Below the pieces are notes generated by a model. It saw only the letters and a program-made list of their open reading frames with translations, was not told the DNA's origin and did no database searches. From assembly GCA_964523885.1 (NCBI GenBank), contig CAZFYX010000038.1, forward strand, positions 255 through 64,254: DNA of 64,000 nt, in the 5' to 3' direction. The stretch comes from an uncultured Burkholderiales bacterium (GTDB lineage: Bacteria > Pseudomonadota > Gammaproteobacteria > Burkholderiales > SHXO01). Made by a program: the position numbers and the translations under genes. Every line of letters starts with the position of its first letter. Within the stretch, counting starts at the first letter, position 1. Positions 16,647 through 27,491 of the stretch are shown piece after piece.

Positions 16647-19391
16647 ATGACGAAGGAATCCACCCGGTTGCAGGAAGCGCGCAACGAGAAGACCCCCTGG
16701 AAGAAGTGGGGACCGTACCTCAGCGAGCGCCAGTGGGGCACCGTGCGCGAGGACTACAGCGAGAACGGAGACGCCTGGAACTTCTTCACCCACGACCACG
16801 CCCGGTCGCGCGCGTACCGCTGGGGCGAGGACGGCATCGCCGGCATATCCGACGACAAGCAGCGGCTCTGCTTCGCCCTGGCGCTGTGGAACGGCAAGGA
16901 TCCGATTCTCAAGGAACGGCTGTTCGGGCTGACCAACAGCGAGGGCAATCATGGCGAGGACGTGAAGGAGTACTACTTCTACCTCGACAGCACGCCCACG
17001 CACTCGTACATGAAGTATCTCTACAAGTATCCCCAGGCTGCCTATCCCTACGGGGATCTGGTGGAAACCAACCGCCGGCGCAGCCGCAGCGAGATGGAGT
17101 ACGAGCTGCTGGACACCGGCGTCTTCGACGAGGATCGGTACTTCGACGTCTTCGTCGAGTACGCCAAGGCGGGTCCCGAGGACATCCTGGTGCGCATCAC
17201 CGCTGCCAACCGGGGGCCGGAGACCGCCGAGTTGCATCTGCTGCCTACGCTCTGGTTCCGCAACGACTGGGCCGACTGGATCGCCGAATCCAACCGGGCT
17301 CCGGGGAAGCCGGACCTCCGGCAGATCGCTGCAGCCCCCGGCATGAGCGCAGTCGCCGCCACCCATTCGCTGCTCGGTGAATTCAGCCTCTTCTGCGAAG
17401 GCGACGTGCCGCTGCTCTTCACCGACAACACCACCAACCACGAGCGCCTGTTCCCGGGACGGCAGCAGAACGAGAGCCGCTACGTCAAGGACGGCATCAA
17501 CGATTGCGTGGTACAGGGCCGGCAGGACGCGGTCAATCCGGAGCGGCAGGGTACCAAGGCGGCAGCGCACTACCGAGTGGAGATCGGCGCCGGCAAGGAA
17601 GCGGTCATTCGCCTGCGCCTCGTGCGCAAAGGCGCCGAGCAGAAGGGCGGGCCCTTCGGAAAGCAATTCGACGACGTCTTGGCCGACCGGCTGCGCGAGG
17701 CCGACGAGTTCTACCGGTCGGTCATCCCGCCGGCGGTGGGCCCCGATGCGGCCAACGTGATGCGCCAGGCGCTCGCCGGCATGCTGTGGAGCAAGCAGTT
17801 CTTTTTCTTCGACGGCGACAACTGGCTGGACGAGCACCACTCCAACCCGCTGCACTCCGGATTTCGCGCCGCGCGCAACTCCGAGTGGTTCCACATGCTC
17901 AACGAGGATGTGATCTCCATGCCGGACAAGTGGGAATACCCCTGGTACGCGGCCTGGGACCTGGCCTTCCATACGCTGCCGCTCTCGATCGTCGATCCCG
18001 ACTTCGCCAAGGATCAGATGAAGCTCATGCTCCAGGGCGTCTACCTGCACCCCAGCGGCCAGATGCCCGCGTACGAGTGGAACTTCAGCGACGTGAACCC
18101 GCCGGTGCACGCCTTCGCGACCCTGTTCCTGCACCGCACCGAGCAGGCCCTGCGCGGCCAGACCGACCTGGACTTCCTCAGGGCGACCTTCAACAAGCTG
18201 CTGATGAACTTCACCTGGTGGGTGAACCGCAAGGACCGCTTCGGCAAGAACGTCTTCGAGGGCGGCTTCCTCGGCCTCGACAACATCGGCGTCTTCGACC
18301 GCAGCGCCCCGCTGCCCACCGGCGGCCACCTCGAGCAGGCCGACGGCACGGCCTGGATGGCGCTCTTCACCCAGAACATGCTGGAGCTCGCGGTGGAGCT
18401 GGCCGCCCACGATCCGATCTACGAGGACATGGTGCTGAAGTTCGTGGAGCACTTCTACTACATCGCGGCCGGCATGAACCGCACCGGACAGGACGGGATG
18501 TGGGACGAGGAGGACGGGTTCTACTACGACCTGCTGCGGCGCCCCGATGGCAGCACCACGCGGCTGAAGGTGCGCTCGATGGTCGGGCTCCTGCCGCTGT
18601 GCGCGACCACGGTGATCGAGAAGTGGCAGCGGGAGCGCATCCCGCGCGTGATGACTCATATAACGGAGCGCCTGCGCCGGATACCGGAATTGCAGCGGAC
18701 CATCCACCCCACGGGGGCGGGACATCTCGGCGTCGCCGATCGCGGGGTGCTGGCCCTGGTGAACCCGGAGCGCTTGCGCAGGATCCTCAAGCGCATGCTC
18801 GACGAGAACGAATTCCTCAGCCCTCACGGCATCCGCGCGCTGTCGAAGTACCACGAGCAGCACCCCTACGTCCTCGATGTGAACGGCCAGGGGCACCGGG
18901 TGGACTATCTGCCGGCGGAGTCGAACACCGGCATGTTCGGCGGCAATTCCAACTGGCGCGGTCCGATCTGGATGCCGGTGAACGTGATGATCATCCGGGC
19001 GCTGCTCAACTTCTATCTCTACTACGGCGACAGCTTCAAGATCGAATGCCCGACCGGGTCGGGCAGGATCATGAACCTGTTCGAGGTGGCCAGGGAGATC
19101 TCGGACCGGCTCGCCAGCATCTTCATGCGCGACGACAACGGCCGGCGGCCGGTCTATGGCGGCACCGAGAAGTTCCAGAATGACCCCCACTGGCGCGACC
19201 TGATCCTGTTCTACGAGTACTTCCACGGGGACAACGGCGCGGGGCTGGGCGCGAGTCACCAGACGGGATGGACCGGCCTGGTGGCGAAGCTGATCCAGCT
19301 CTTCGGAATGCTCGATGCGAAGCGGGCGCTCGAGGCGGGGAAGGCCGCGGGTTTCGCGCAGCCCAGGCAGGCAGCGTCGATGCCGGGATAA
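16647..19391 (+). CDS. GH63-like / MGH1-like six-hairpin glycoside hydrolase (large bacterial glucosidase type), paralogue 1
   Basis: ATG at 16647 after GGAGG. Conserved blocks: [98 protein letters not shown]. Confidence 0.7.
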   Translation: MTKESTRLQEARNEKTPWKKWGPYLSERQWGTVREDYSENGDAWNFFTHDHARSRAYRWGEDGIAGISDDKQRLCFALALWNGKDPILKERLFGLTNSEGNHGEDVKEYYFYLDSTPTHSYMKYLYKYPQAAYPYGDLVETNRRRSRSEMEYELLDTGVFDEDRYFDVFVEYAKAGPEDILVRITAANRGPETAELHLLPTLWFRNDWADWIAESNRAPGKPDLRQIAAAPGMSAVAATHSLLGEFSLFCEGDVPLLFTDNTTNHERLFPGRQQNESRYVKDGINDCVVQGRQDAVNPERQGTKAAAHYRVEIGAGKEAVIRLRLVRKGAEQKGGPFGKQFDDVLADRLREADEFYRSVIPPAVGPDAANVMRQALAGMLWSKQFFFFDGDNWLDEHHSNPLHSGFRAARNSEWFHMLNEDVISMPDKWEYPWYAAWDLAFHTLPLSIVDPDFAKDQMKLMLQGVYLHPSGQMPAYEWNFSDVNPPVHAFATLFLHRTEQALRGQTDLDFLRATFNKLLMNFTWWVNRKDRFGKNVFEGGFLGLDNIGVFDRSAPLPTGGHLEQADGTAWMALFTQNMLELAVELAAHDPIYEDMVLKFVEHFYYIAAGMNRTGQDGMWDEEDGFYYDLLRRPDGSTTRLKVRSMVGLLPLCATTVIEKWQRERIPRVMTHITERLRRIPELQRTIHPTGAGHLGVADRGVLALVNPERLRRILKRMLDENEFLSPHGIRALSKYHEQHPYVLDVNGQGHRVDYLPAESNTGMFGGNSNWRGPIWMPVNVMIIRALLNFYLYYGDSFKIECPTGSGRIMNLFEVAREISDRLASIFMRDDNGRRPVYGGTEKFQNDPHWRDLILFYEYFHGDNGAGLGASHQTGWTGLVAKLIQLFGMLDAKRALEAGKAAGFAQPRQAASMPG

Positions 19392-19424
19392 GCGGATGCC
19401 GCTGCGGGCGGCGCCTGTTGCGGA

Positions 19425-22400
19425 CTACTTCTGCGGCGCGCCGTTCGCGGGCGGGGTGGCCGGCGTGAGCGAATCGATCAGCTTCTTCGGCAGATCCAGC
19501 GTGCGCTGAAAGATCCCGACGAGCTCGCCGGTGACTGCGCGCGGGTCGAGCGGGATGACGGTCGGATCGCGGATGTCCCCGGTGACCTTCACCGGAATGC
19601 TGCTCAACGTCCCGCCGATGATGTAGCCGAACACGGGGATCGCGCGCACCAGCCGGTCCCAGGTGGTAAACGGCGCCACGAGTACCGTGAGGTTGGTGGT
19701 GCGGGTGTCCAGGTTGACCGTTCCGGTCGCTGCCAGCCCGACCGCATTGCTGTCGAATGCGGCCTCGTCGACCCGCACGACGCCCTTCTCGATGGTGCCG
19801 CGCCAACCCATCTTCTTATAGTCGAACCCCTCGGCCCCGAGGCTGACCTTGCCCTTCAGCACCGAGGTGATGCTCTTGATGGAAAGGATGTTGCCGATCA
19901 GCGCGAACTTCATGACCTTGCCCTTGCGGGCGCGCAACTGCACCGAGCCTTCCAGGTTGCGCAGCAGCTCGCTGGTCTTGCCGCGCGTGCGCAGGTCGGC
20001 GCGCATGTCGAAGCGGCCGGTGACCAGCACGCGCTGCTCGGTCATGCACTTCGCCGTTTCCTCGAGCTGCTGGTCCTGCGCCGTGAGCTGCGCTGCGATG
20101 GCCGCCCCCTGCGGGTCGAGCTGCAGCTGGAACGGAAACTCGATGCCGCAAAGCTTGGCCTGGGTGAGGGTCAGATCGATCTTCCCCGGCTGCACCGCGA
20201 GCGTGCCCGCGAGCGGCTCGACCCGGTAGCCGCTGTATTCCACGAAGCCTGCGTGCACGGCGACCTTGCCCTCCAGCGGCAGTGGCCAGATCTCGAGCGC
20301 CTCGGGCACCTCCCAGCCGCGCGGCTCCTGCGGCTCCTCGTCGCCGGCCGGGGGCGCGGTCTTCTTCGGCAGGAGCTCGTCGATCACGACTCCTGGGGTG
20401 TCGATCTCGGCATTGATCACCGGGCCCGAAGGCCCCCGGTAGATGTTCCCGCGCAAGGTCACCTTCTGCTTGGCGTAGGCGAAGGTCGCTTCCTCCACGT
20501 ACAAGGTCTTGCCGTCTCCGCGCAGGCTGATGCGGTCGATCCACGCCGGCACGCCGAGCAGCCGGTAAAGGCTGATCTGCTCACCGGTGAGCGTGCCCTC
20601 GCCATAGCTGCGGCCGCGCAGGTCGCGGTCGAGCGTGGCGTGGAAGTCGCCTTGTGTACGGCTGCGGCGTCCGCCGACCGACTTCGCGAACAGGCGGTTC
20701 GCGCTGGCGCCCGTGAGCAAGCCCTTGAACCGCACGTCGAGCAGGCGCCCGCGCATGGTCAGGCCGCTCGTCGCATCGCTCTCCTGGTCCTTGATGTGGA
20801 GGCTGCGCAGGTCGAGCATGCCGTCGTTCCAGGCCAGGTCGACCTCCAGGCTCGCGGCGGCCTCGGGCTGCGCCGTTGCCTGGAGGTCGATGCCCTCCTG
20901 CGCGCTCCAGCGCACGCGCTGCGCAGCGAACTGGATCGGCGTCTTCGGCCGCAGCCGAGGCGGTGCCTCGAAGTGCTCCCACGCCCATGCCACGAAGCGA
21001 TCGCCGATCTCGCCCTGCGTCGCCGACGCATCCACCTTGCGCGACTGGGCACGGTAGTCGGCCACTGTGCCCCCGATGCGTGCCTTCGCATCGAGCATGC
21101 CCACGCCGAAGGCATCGAATCGCAATGCGCTGGGCGTGATGCGCACCGACCCGCCGTCGAGCCGCAGGGGTCCCGGCAGGTCGGTGACCTCGACCTGTAG
21201 CTGGTGCGGGCTCAGGGTCACGTCGAAGTCCAGCGTCTCGAGCTTATCGACGTTCACGCTCAGATGATTGAGGGTTGCGTCGAGTTGACCAGCCGCCGTG
21301 GGGACGCGCTCAAGCTGGCCCGCGAGCGCGGGCTGCGCGCGCAACCACGGATACAGCTGGCGCAACGCCAGCGAGGCCGAGCCGCGCCCCGTCTTAATGC
21401 GCACCGGTGCCGTGCTCGGCATCTCGATCGTCACTCCGCGAAAGCTCGATTCGCCCAGCGCCCCGCTCGCGCCGATCACCGAGAACAGCGTCGAAGTCCG
21501 GACGATCCGGCCTTCGCGCAGCGTCACGGGCCAGGGAACTTTCGCAAACATCACCGATGAGTCCGAGCGCGTTACCGAGATGTCGACGCTGAACTGGCCC
21601 GCATCCAGCCCGATCTGCAGCGCCCCCGCAGCCCTGCCGCGCGCCGAGCGCAGCACTTCGCGCAACGGCGCAGGCGTGTCGGGCAGGCTGCGCGCCACCT
21701 CGAGTGCCTGGGCCAGATCGAGGTCATAGGCCGTGCCGATATGCATCCGCCCGCTGGCCAGTGTGTAGTCGAATGTGCCGTTGGAGACGCGCGTGCCGCC
21801 AAGCCGGCCCGCGATCGAGCGTGCGCTGACGGCGCCATCGCGCCAGGCAACCTCGCCGGCGATGCCCTCGACCTCCCGCTCCAGGTATGGCACCTTCATC
21901 GCGCCATCGGCCAGTTTGATGCTCACATCGATCGCGGAGGCGTCCGCCAGCTCCGCGAGGCTGGTGCCACGCGCGGTCACGCGCAGATCGGTGGCCTGGC
22001 CTCCATGGATGCGGCCGACATAGTCGCGCACCAGCGGCTCGTCCGCGGCCAGGGTGAGGGCCATGCCACGCAGCCGGGTGAGGTCGATGGCCGGCACGTC
22101 GATGGTGAGCTCCGCTGCCGGCTGGGAGGCGGGATCGAAGCGCACGCGCGCCGCTCCCAACGGGAGCACTTCTCCGAGCCGCAGCGTCTTCAGGTTCACC
22201 TCGAAACGTCGCCCCGCCAGCGTGGCGCTGGCTTCCGCCCGCCCGCCATGGATCCCGAAGCGCGTGCCGTTGCGCTCAATGCTTGCTGCGGGCACGTCGA
22301 GGACGATCTCCACGTCCAGGTTGGTGCGACCGTCCGTGGAGAGCTTGGCGCTGGCGCTGCCGGTAGGCACCAGCAACCTGGCAACCGTGGAGGGCACGAA

Positions 22401-23135
22401 GTCGTCGATCAGACCCTGCGGCTTGAATCCGACAGCGTCGATCTGGACCTCAGCGGAAAGGTCGGAATAGTTCAGATGTGCTCGGGTCTTCAGGCCGTCC
22501 CAGGTGTCGCTGCTCGAACTGGCGGACAGGTCCACGCCGCTGCGGTCGAAGCCCACTTCGGCGTTGAACTGCACCCGTTCGATGTTGCGCGGGCCCGGAA
22601 TGTCCGCGTCGATGCTGCCCTCCTGCACCTTGACCGTGAGGTCGGAGGCGAAGCGCTGCAGTACCGGGACGACCGGCTCGAGCGCACGGCGGTAAGCGGC
22701 GATGGGATCGAGGGGTTCGGTGGATGCGCTCTCGCCGGACGCCGGCACCTTCACCTTGACCACCGGGCGCACGATCAGCAGCTCCTGCAGTTCCACGCGT
22801 CCGGCGAACAGCGGCACGAGCCGGAGCGCGACCTCGAGCTCCTCGACGGTACCGTCGACCACGTCGGGGATGTGGATGTGGGCCTTGCGCATCACCCCGT
22901 GCGGCGCGGGGAGCAGATGGACTTCCAGTTCGTCCCATTCCAGCTGGCCATGCGCCGCCTCGGACAGCTTCTGCTCGAGTCTGGCCTGCACTGCAGGCAG
23001 ATCGAGCAGGGCAGGTCCGGCCACTGCCGCGATGACGGCGAGCGCGACCAGGCTCAGGACCGAAAAGGCGATCCAGCGCAGCAGCCGGTATCGGCGCGCG
23101 GTGGCGGTTCCCTGCGCTTGCGAGGAGTGGCGCAC
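19425..23135 (-). CDS. AsmA-like / YhdP-family giant envelope protein
   Basis: 1236 aa. It has an N-terminal membrane anchor (LLRWIAFSVLSLVALAVIAAVAG) and a long beta-rich periplasmic body. The AsmA-like C-terminal region is ...GGTLSSIPVKVTGDIRDPTV. GTG start. Confidence 0.6.
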   Translation of the reverse strand: MRHSSQAQGTATARRYRLLRWIAFSVLSLVALAVIAAVAGPALLDLPAVQARLEQKLSEAAHGQLEWDELEVHLLPAPHGVMRKAHIHIPDVVDGTVEELEVALRLVPLFAGRVELQELLIVRPVVKVKVPASGESASTEPLDPIAAYRRALEPVVPVLQRFASDLTVKVQEGSIDADIPGPRNIERVQFNAEVGFDRSGVDLSASSSSDTWDGLKTRAHLNYSDLSAEVQIDAVGFKPQGLIDDFVPSTVARLLVPTGSASAKLSTDGRTNLDVEIVLDVPAASIERNGTRFGIHGGRAEASATLAGRRFEVNLKTLRLGEVLPLGAARVRFDPASQPAAELTIDVPAIDLTRLRGMALTLAADEPLVRDYVGRIHGGQATDLRVTARGTSLAELADASAIDVSIKLADGAMKVPYLEREVEGIAGEVAWRDGAVSARSIAGRLGGTRVSNGTFDYTLASGRMHIGTAYDLDLAQALEVARSLPDTPAPLREVLRSARGRAAGALQIGLDAGQFSVDISVTRSDSSVMFAKVPWPVTLREGRIVRTSTLFSVIGASGALGESSFRGVTIEMPSTAPVRIKTGRGSASLALRQLYPWLRAQPALAGQLERVPTAAGQLDATLNHLSVNVDKLETLDFDVTLSPHQLQVEVTDLPGPLRLDGGSVRITPSALRFDAFGVGMLDAKARIGGTVADYRAQSRKVDASATQGEIGDRFVAWAWEHFEAPPRLRPKTPIQFAAQRVRWSAQEGIDLQATAQPEAAASLEVDLAWNDGMLDLRSLHIKDQESDATSGLTMRGRLLDVRFKGLLTGASANRLFAKSVGGRRSRTQGDFHATLDRDLRGRSYGEGTLTGEQISLYRLLGVPAWIDRISLRGDGKTLYVEEATFAYAKQKVTLRGNIYRGPSGPVINAEIDTPGVVIDELLPKKTAPPAGDEEPQEPRGWEVPEALEIWPLPLEGKVAVHAGFVEYSGYRVEPLAGTLAVQPGKIDLTLTQAKLCGIEFPFQLQLDPQGAAIAAQLTAQDQQLEETAKCMTEQRVLVTGRFDMRADLRTRGKTSELLRNLEGSVQLRARKGKVMKFALIGNILSIKSITSVLKGKVSLGAEGFDYKKMGWRGTIEKGVVRVDEAAFDSNAVGLAATGTVNLDTRTTNLTVLVAPFTTWDRLVRAIPVFGYIIGGTLSSIPVKVTGDIRDPTVIPLDPRAVTGELVGIFQRTLDLPKKLIDSLTPATPPANGAPQK

Positions 23136-23453
23136 GTCAGCCCATCAGGAATCTGGCTGCCCGGCCCTCACTGCAGCGAGGCAGGGAGCGGTGGACGGGG
23201 CATCCCACACCAATTGTCAACAGCATGAACGGATCAACGCGTCAGGCCAGTGCGCAGCGATTTGCCCGAGCGTGCGACGCCAGGGTGCCGCACCGGTGCA
23301 CATGCAGCGCGATGCAGCCATTGCGAGGTTCCCATTCTAGCGCCGGGGGCGGCGGCGGCGCGCCCCTCCAGGATGACTCCGTCAGGTGTCCGGCCTGGCA
23401 GATGGCAGCGGGTCGACCGGCAGTTGAGCGAACCCGCCACGGAAGCCGGCGCC

Positions 23454-24437
23454 TCAACCTGGCTTCCGTCGCAGCGTATCGGACGGCAGCTCGCCGAAGC
23501 ACTCCCTGTAGGCGCGGGAGAACTCACCGAAGTGCCAGAAGCCCCACTTGAGTGCCTCGGCAGAGACAGTGGTTGATCCCTGGGTACCCGCGAGCAGCGC
23601 CTGACGCACCCGGTGCAGCCTCAGCCGCATGAGATAGGCGATGGGCGTCAAGCCCATGATCTCCTTGAACGCGTGTTCCAGCGTTCGCTCGCTCACGCAG
23701 GCGGCTCTGCACAGGTCGCTCACGTAGAGCGGATCGTCGGTGTGCGACAGGGCGTAGTCCTCGGCGGTCTTGACGATGAGACTGTGGGCCTGCCGCGTGC
23801 GGTAACTGCGGTCGGCCTCGAGATCGTTGGCCACCCGCAGCGTCGCGAGGAGTGTTTCGAGCAATTCGACCTGGGCCGCGACCCGTTCGCTTCTGCGCTG
23901 ATTGAACAGATCGGGCTGGCGGGCGGCGGTGTTCACCAGTCGCTTTCCCCAATCGAACAGCCCGCGAACCTTGTCTGTGTCTGCCTGCAGCACCTCCACG
24001 CCGTGCGGCATGCGGAACTCGCTCTCGCGCTGACGGGCGGCGAGATGGGCGCTGACCTCATGCGGTGGGAGCAGGAATGTGACGCTCTCCCAGCCGGCGC
24101 CTGCGACGAACCTCGCCTCCGACCCGGGCTCGGCGACGACAATCAGATCGGGGCGGATCGGCAAACCGTTCACCGTCCCTTCCGCCCGGGGGCCGAACGT
24201 GACGTAGGCAAGCAGGCGCTTGCGGACGCTCGTGCGCGTCCGTATGCGCAGGTTGGTGGAATGGAAGGCGACCACCGCCGACTCCAGGCGGACGATCACT
24301 CGCAACGCCCGCAGCGGTGTCGACTGGAGCTGCATCACATCCTGGTCGATCAGCTCGATGCCTGCGCGGGCGGCGATGGGGTCCGTGATCTCGACGATGC
24401 TGACAGCAGGTTGGCCGGTGGTGACCGCCATGTTCAC
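23454..24437 (-). CDS. AraC/XylS-family transcriptional regulator
   Basis: C-terminal double HTH (VSDLCRAACVSERTLEHAFKE...EALKWGFWHFGEFSRAYRECFGELPS). The start is either GTG 24437 or ATG 24431. Confidence 0.85.
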   Translation of the reverse strand: MNMAVTTGQPAVSIVEITDPIAARAGIELIDQDVMQLQSTPLRALRVIVRLESAVVAFHSTNLRIRTRTSVRKRLLAYVTFGPRAEGTVNGLPIRPDLIVVAEPGSEARFVAGAGWESVTFLLPPHEVSAHLAARQRESEFRMPHGVEVLQADTDKVRGLFDWGKRLVNTAARQPDLFNQRRSERVAAQVELLETLLATLRVANDLEADRSYRTRQAHSLIVKTAEDYALSHTDDPLYVSDLCRAACVSERTLEHAFKEIMGLTPIAYLMRLRLHRVRQALLAGTQGSTTVSAEALKWGFWHFGEFSRAYRECFGELPSDTLRRKPG

Positions 24438-24632
24438 TTTCTGCGGATTTCCGATAGACGGCTCTGATTGATGGCCGGAAGATTCATCCAGGAAGGAAGT
24501 TTAGCAGCAGCGCGACCGGCGCCGATCCGGAGCCTGCTTGGTCCGCGTCTTCCATCCAGCGCACCCCTATGCATCGTGAGCGTTGGGCCATGGGCTCCGG
24601 GTGGCCCGCACCCTCCATCTGGTGGATCCCGA

Positions 24633-25610
24633 ATGAAGCTGCAGCAAGTGAGCGACAGCTGCTTCGCGTGCTGGAACGAGAGAAACCGCATGTGCGGCGC
24701 GAACTCGGGACTGATCAATCGAGGTGGCGGCGTGATCATCGACACGCAGCCGGACTTGCACCACGCGCGGCGCATGATGGAGTCGTTCGCACGGGTCTGG
24801 CAGGAAAGGCCCAGGCGGGTGATCAACACGAATGAAGATGCAGATCACGTCTGGGGCAACCAGCTCTTCGAGGGCGCCGAGTTCATCGCGCACCGGACCG
24901 TGCCCGATCGGATCAGGCAGGTCGCCGATCCGGAGCAGAGCCGGCAGCTGGTTGAACGGGCAGATCACTGGCTTCCCCGGTTGCTGCTCAAGGTCTTCCA
25001 CCCCGGTGCACTGGCAGTTGCCCGGCAGTTGAAGCAGCGCTACGACTTTGAAGGGATTGAACTGGTGCAGCCCACGACCCTGTTCGACGAGCAGCACGTC
25101 CTGGATCTTGCCGGTACGGAAGTTCGACTGATGCACGTGGGCCCATGCCACCAGCTGGGTGACACGATCGTTCATGTGCCGAAGGAACGGGTCGTGTTTG
25201 CGGGCGATGTCGTCTTCAGCGGATGCACCCCCATGGGCTGGGCCGGAACCTACCAGAAATGGCTCAGCGCCCTCGATCTCATCATCTGGCTCGACCCGGA
25301 AGTCATCGTTCCCGGACACGGACCGGTCTGCGGAATCGAGGCTGCGATGGAGATGCAGGCGTACCTCGAGTACGTGCGCGAGGAATCGGATCGGTTCTTC
25401 GAGCAGGGGCTGACCGCACCGGAGGCATGCATGCGAATCGATCTTGGACCGTATGCGCAGTGGCGAGGTGCCGCACGCCTTTACCTGAACGTCGAGCGGG
25501 CCTACCGGGAGCGCCGCGGCGAGCCACCAGATTCGCCCTGGGATCCGGCCGGTACCTTCGATGCTGTCTACAGGCTGGCGAAGGCGAGGGGGATCGATGT
25601 CGAGTTCTGA
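24633..25610 (+). CDS. MBL-fold metallo-hydrolase-like protein with an atypical metal motif
   Basis: The MBL-fold order of motifs is present, but HxHxDH reads NEDADH (VINTNEDADHVWGN). The downstream H (GPCHQLGD), D (FAGDVVF) and H (VPGHGP) are retained. Confidence 0.65.
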   Translation: MKLQQVSDSCFACWNERNRMCGANSGLINRGGGVIIDTQPDLHHARRMMESFARVWQERPRRVINTNEDADHVWGNQLFEGAEFIAHRTVPDRIRQVADPEQSRQLVERADHWLPRLLLKVFHPGALAVARQLKQRYDFEGIELVQPTTLFDEQHVLDLAGTEVRLMHVGPCHQLGDTIVHVPKERVVFAGDVVFSGCTPMGWAGTYQKWLSALDLIIWLDPEVIVPGHGPVCGIEAAMEMQAYLEYVREESDRFFEQGLTAPEACMRIDLGPYAQWRGAARLYLNVERAYRERRGEPPDSPWDPAGTFDAVYRLAKARGIDVEF

Positions 25611-25665
25611 GCGGGCCGATCCGAAGATCAGTCCAGGAAACGCTGCATCACCTGTGGGACGACAC

Positions 25666-27450
25666 ATGAAGAGACTAGCCGTTGCCGTCATCGTCGCGGC
25701 CGCCGCCGCGCTGCTCACCCCGGTTGCTCCGGCTCACGCGCAGGCCAAGCGACCCAACATCGTCATCATCCTCGGCGACGATTTGGGCTTCGCGGACATG
25801 GGCTCGTTCGGTGGCGAGATCAGGACGCCGAACCTGGACTCGCTCGCACGAAACGGCGTGCGGTTCACGAACTTCTACACCCAAGCGACCTGCTCGCCCA
25901 CGCGGTCGATCCTGCTGAGCGGGGTGGACTCGCACCTGAACGGCCTGGGCAACATGGACGAGTGGGCTGCGCCCAATCAGCAGGGCATGCCGGGCTACGA
26001 GGGCTACCTCAACAACCGCGTGGTGACGCTGCCGCAGCTGCTCAAGGGTGCCGGGTATCACACCTACATGGTGGGCAAGTGGCATCTGGGCAAGGCACCG
26101 GACCAGATCCCGGCTGCGCGCGGATTCGAGCGCGACTTCTCGCTGCTCGACGGCGCGGGCAGCTACTGGGACATGACCAACTTCACCGCCACGTCGCCCC
26201 GGTCGGTCTTCACCGAGGACGGGCGGTATCTGACGCGCCTGCCCAAGGACTACTACGCGACCAAGACCTACACCGACAAGCTGATCGGATTCATCGACGC
26301 CAACCATGCGGACGGCAAACCCTTCTTCGCCTACGTCGCCCACCAGGCGCCGCACGATCCCTTCCACCTGCCGATGGAATGGCGCACCCGCCACGTGGGC
26401 GAGTACGACAAGGGTTGGGAGGCGGTCCGGCAGGAACGGCTGAAGCGGCAGATCGAGCTCGGCATCATGCCCGCGGGCACGCAGCTGGCAGAGCGGATGT
26501 GGTTCGTGCCTGATCCGGTCGTGCTCGCGCCGGTCGCCAGGGCGCTGTTCGGCAAGAAGATGGAGCTCTACGCCGGAATGGTGGAGAACCTCGACTTCCA
26601 CGTCGGCCGCCTCATCGACCACCTCAAGCAGATCGGCGAGTACGAGAACACGATCTTCATCGTGTTCGGTGACAACGGCGCCGAGGGAACCGACCTGTTC
26701 AAGATGGTCGCCGGTTCGCCGGGCTCGCGCGACTTCCTGTTCAGCGCGATCAAGTGGTCGCAGACGCATCCCAACGCATGGGGCGATCCGGGCTCGTACG
26801 TCGGCTACGGTCCGATGTGGGCGCAGGTATCGATGACCCCATTCAGCCAGTACAAGGGCTGGGTCGCCGAGGGCGGCATCCGCAACGCGCTGATCGTCAG
26901 CGGCCCGACCGTCAAGCGTCCCAAGGGCAGCATCAACGACGGGCTGATGCACGTGGCCGACCTCATGCCGACGCTGCTCGAGATCGCCGGCACCAGCTAT
27001 CCGAAGACCCACCAGGGGCAGGAGCTGCCCCCGCTGCTGGGCAAGTCCTGGGGCGGCGTGCTGGCGGGCCAGGCGGACTCCCCCCGGACCGAGGAGGACT
27101 ACCTCGCGTGGGAGATCTTCGGCAACCGCGCCGTGCGCCAGGGAGTGTGGAAGATCCGCTGGGAATACAAACCGTTCGGCAAGGGCAACTGGGAGCTGTT
27201 CGACCTCGCCGCCGATGCCGCCGAGCGCAGGGACCTCGCGGCAGAGCGGCCGGACAAGCTGCAGGCAATGCTTGCGCTCTGGGAGCGCTACGTCCAGGCG
27301 AACAACGTGATCGTGCCCAACCGCTCCATGTTCGAGACGCTGGAGGACCAGCTGCCACAGCGCGTCCCGATCGAGGCCAATTATCCGCCGCTGCTCTACA
27401 AGCGCCAGTTCGTGCCGCCCAAGGAACTGATGGCGGATCCCAAGCCATGA
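25666..27450 (+). CDS. Cys-type arylsulfatase (formylglycine-dependent sulfatase family)
   Basis: Signal peptide; NIVIILGDDLGFADMG; sulfatase signature CSPTRSILLSG (C-x-P-x-R). Confidence 0.9.
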   Translation: MKRLAVAVIVAAAAALLTPVAPAHAQAKRPNIVIILGDDLGFADMGSFGGEIRTPNLDSLARNGVRFTNFYTQATCSPTRSILLSGVDSHLNGLGNMDEWAAPNQQGMPGYEGYLNNRVVTLPQLLKGAGYHTYMVGKWHLGKAPDQIPAARGFERDFSLLDGAGSYWDMTNFTATSPRSVFTEDGRYLTRLPKDYYATKTYTDKLIGFIDANHADGKPFFAYVAHQAPHDPFHLPMEWRTRHVGEYDKGWEAVRQERLKRQIELGIMPAGTQLAERMWFVPDPVVLAPVARALFGKKMELYAGMVENLDFHVGRLIDHLKQIGEYENTIFIVFGDNGAEGTDLFKMVAGSPGSRDFLFSAIKWSQTHPNAWGDPGSYVGYGPMWAQVSMTPFSQYKGWVAEGGIRNALIVSGPTVKRPKGSINDGLMHVADLMPTLLEIAGTSYPKTHQGQELPPLLGKSWGGVLAGQADSPRTEEDYLAWEIFGNRAVRQGVWKIRWEYKPFGKGNWELFDLAADAAERRDLAAERPDKLQAMLALWERYVQANNVIVPNRSMFETLEDQLPQRVPIEANYPPLLYKRQFVPPKELMADPKP

Positions 27451-27491
27451 GCGTTGCACAGCATTGGAAATCGATCTGCGAGGACGAAGAA

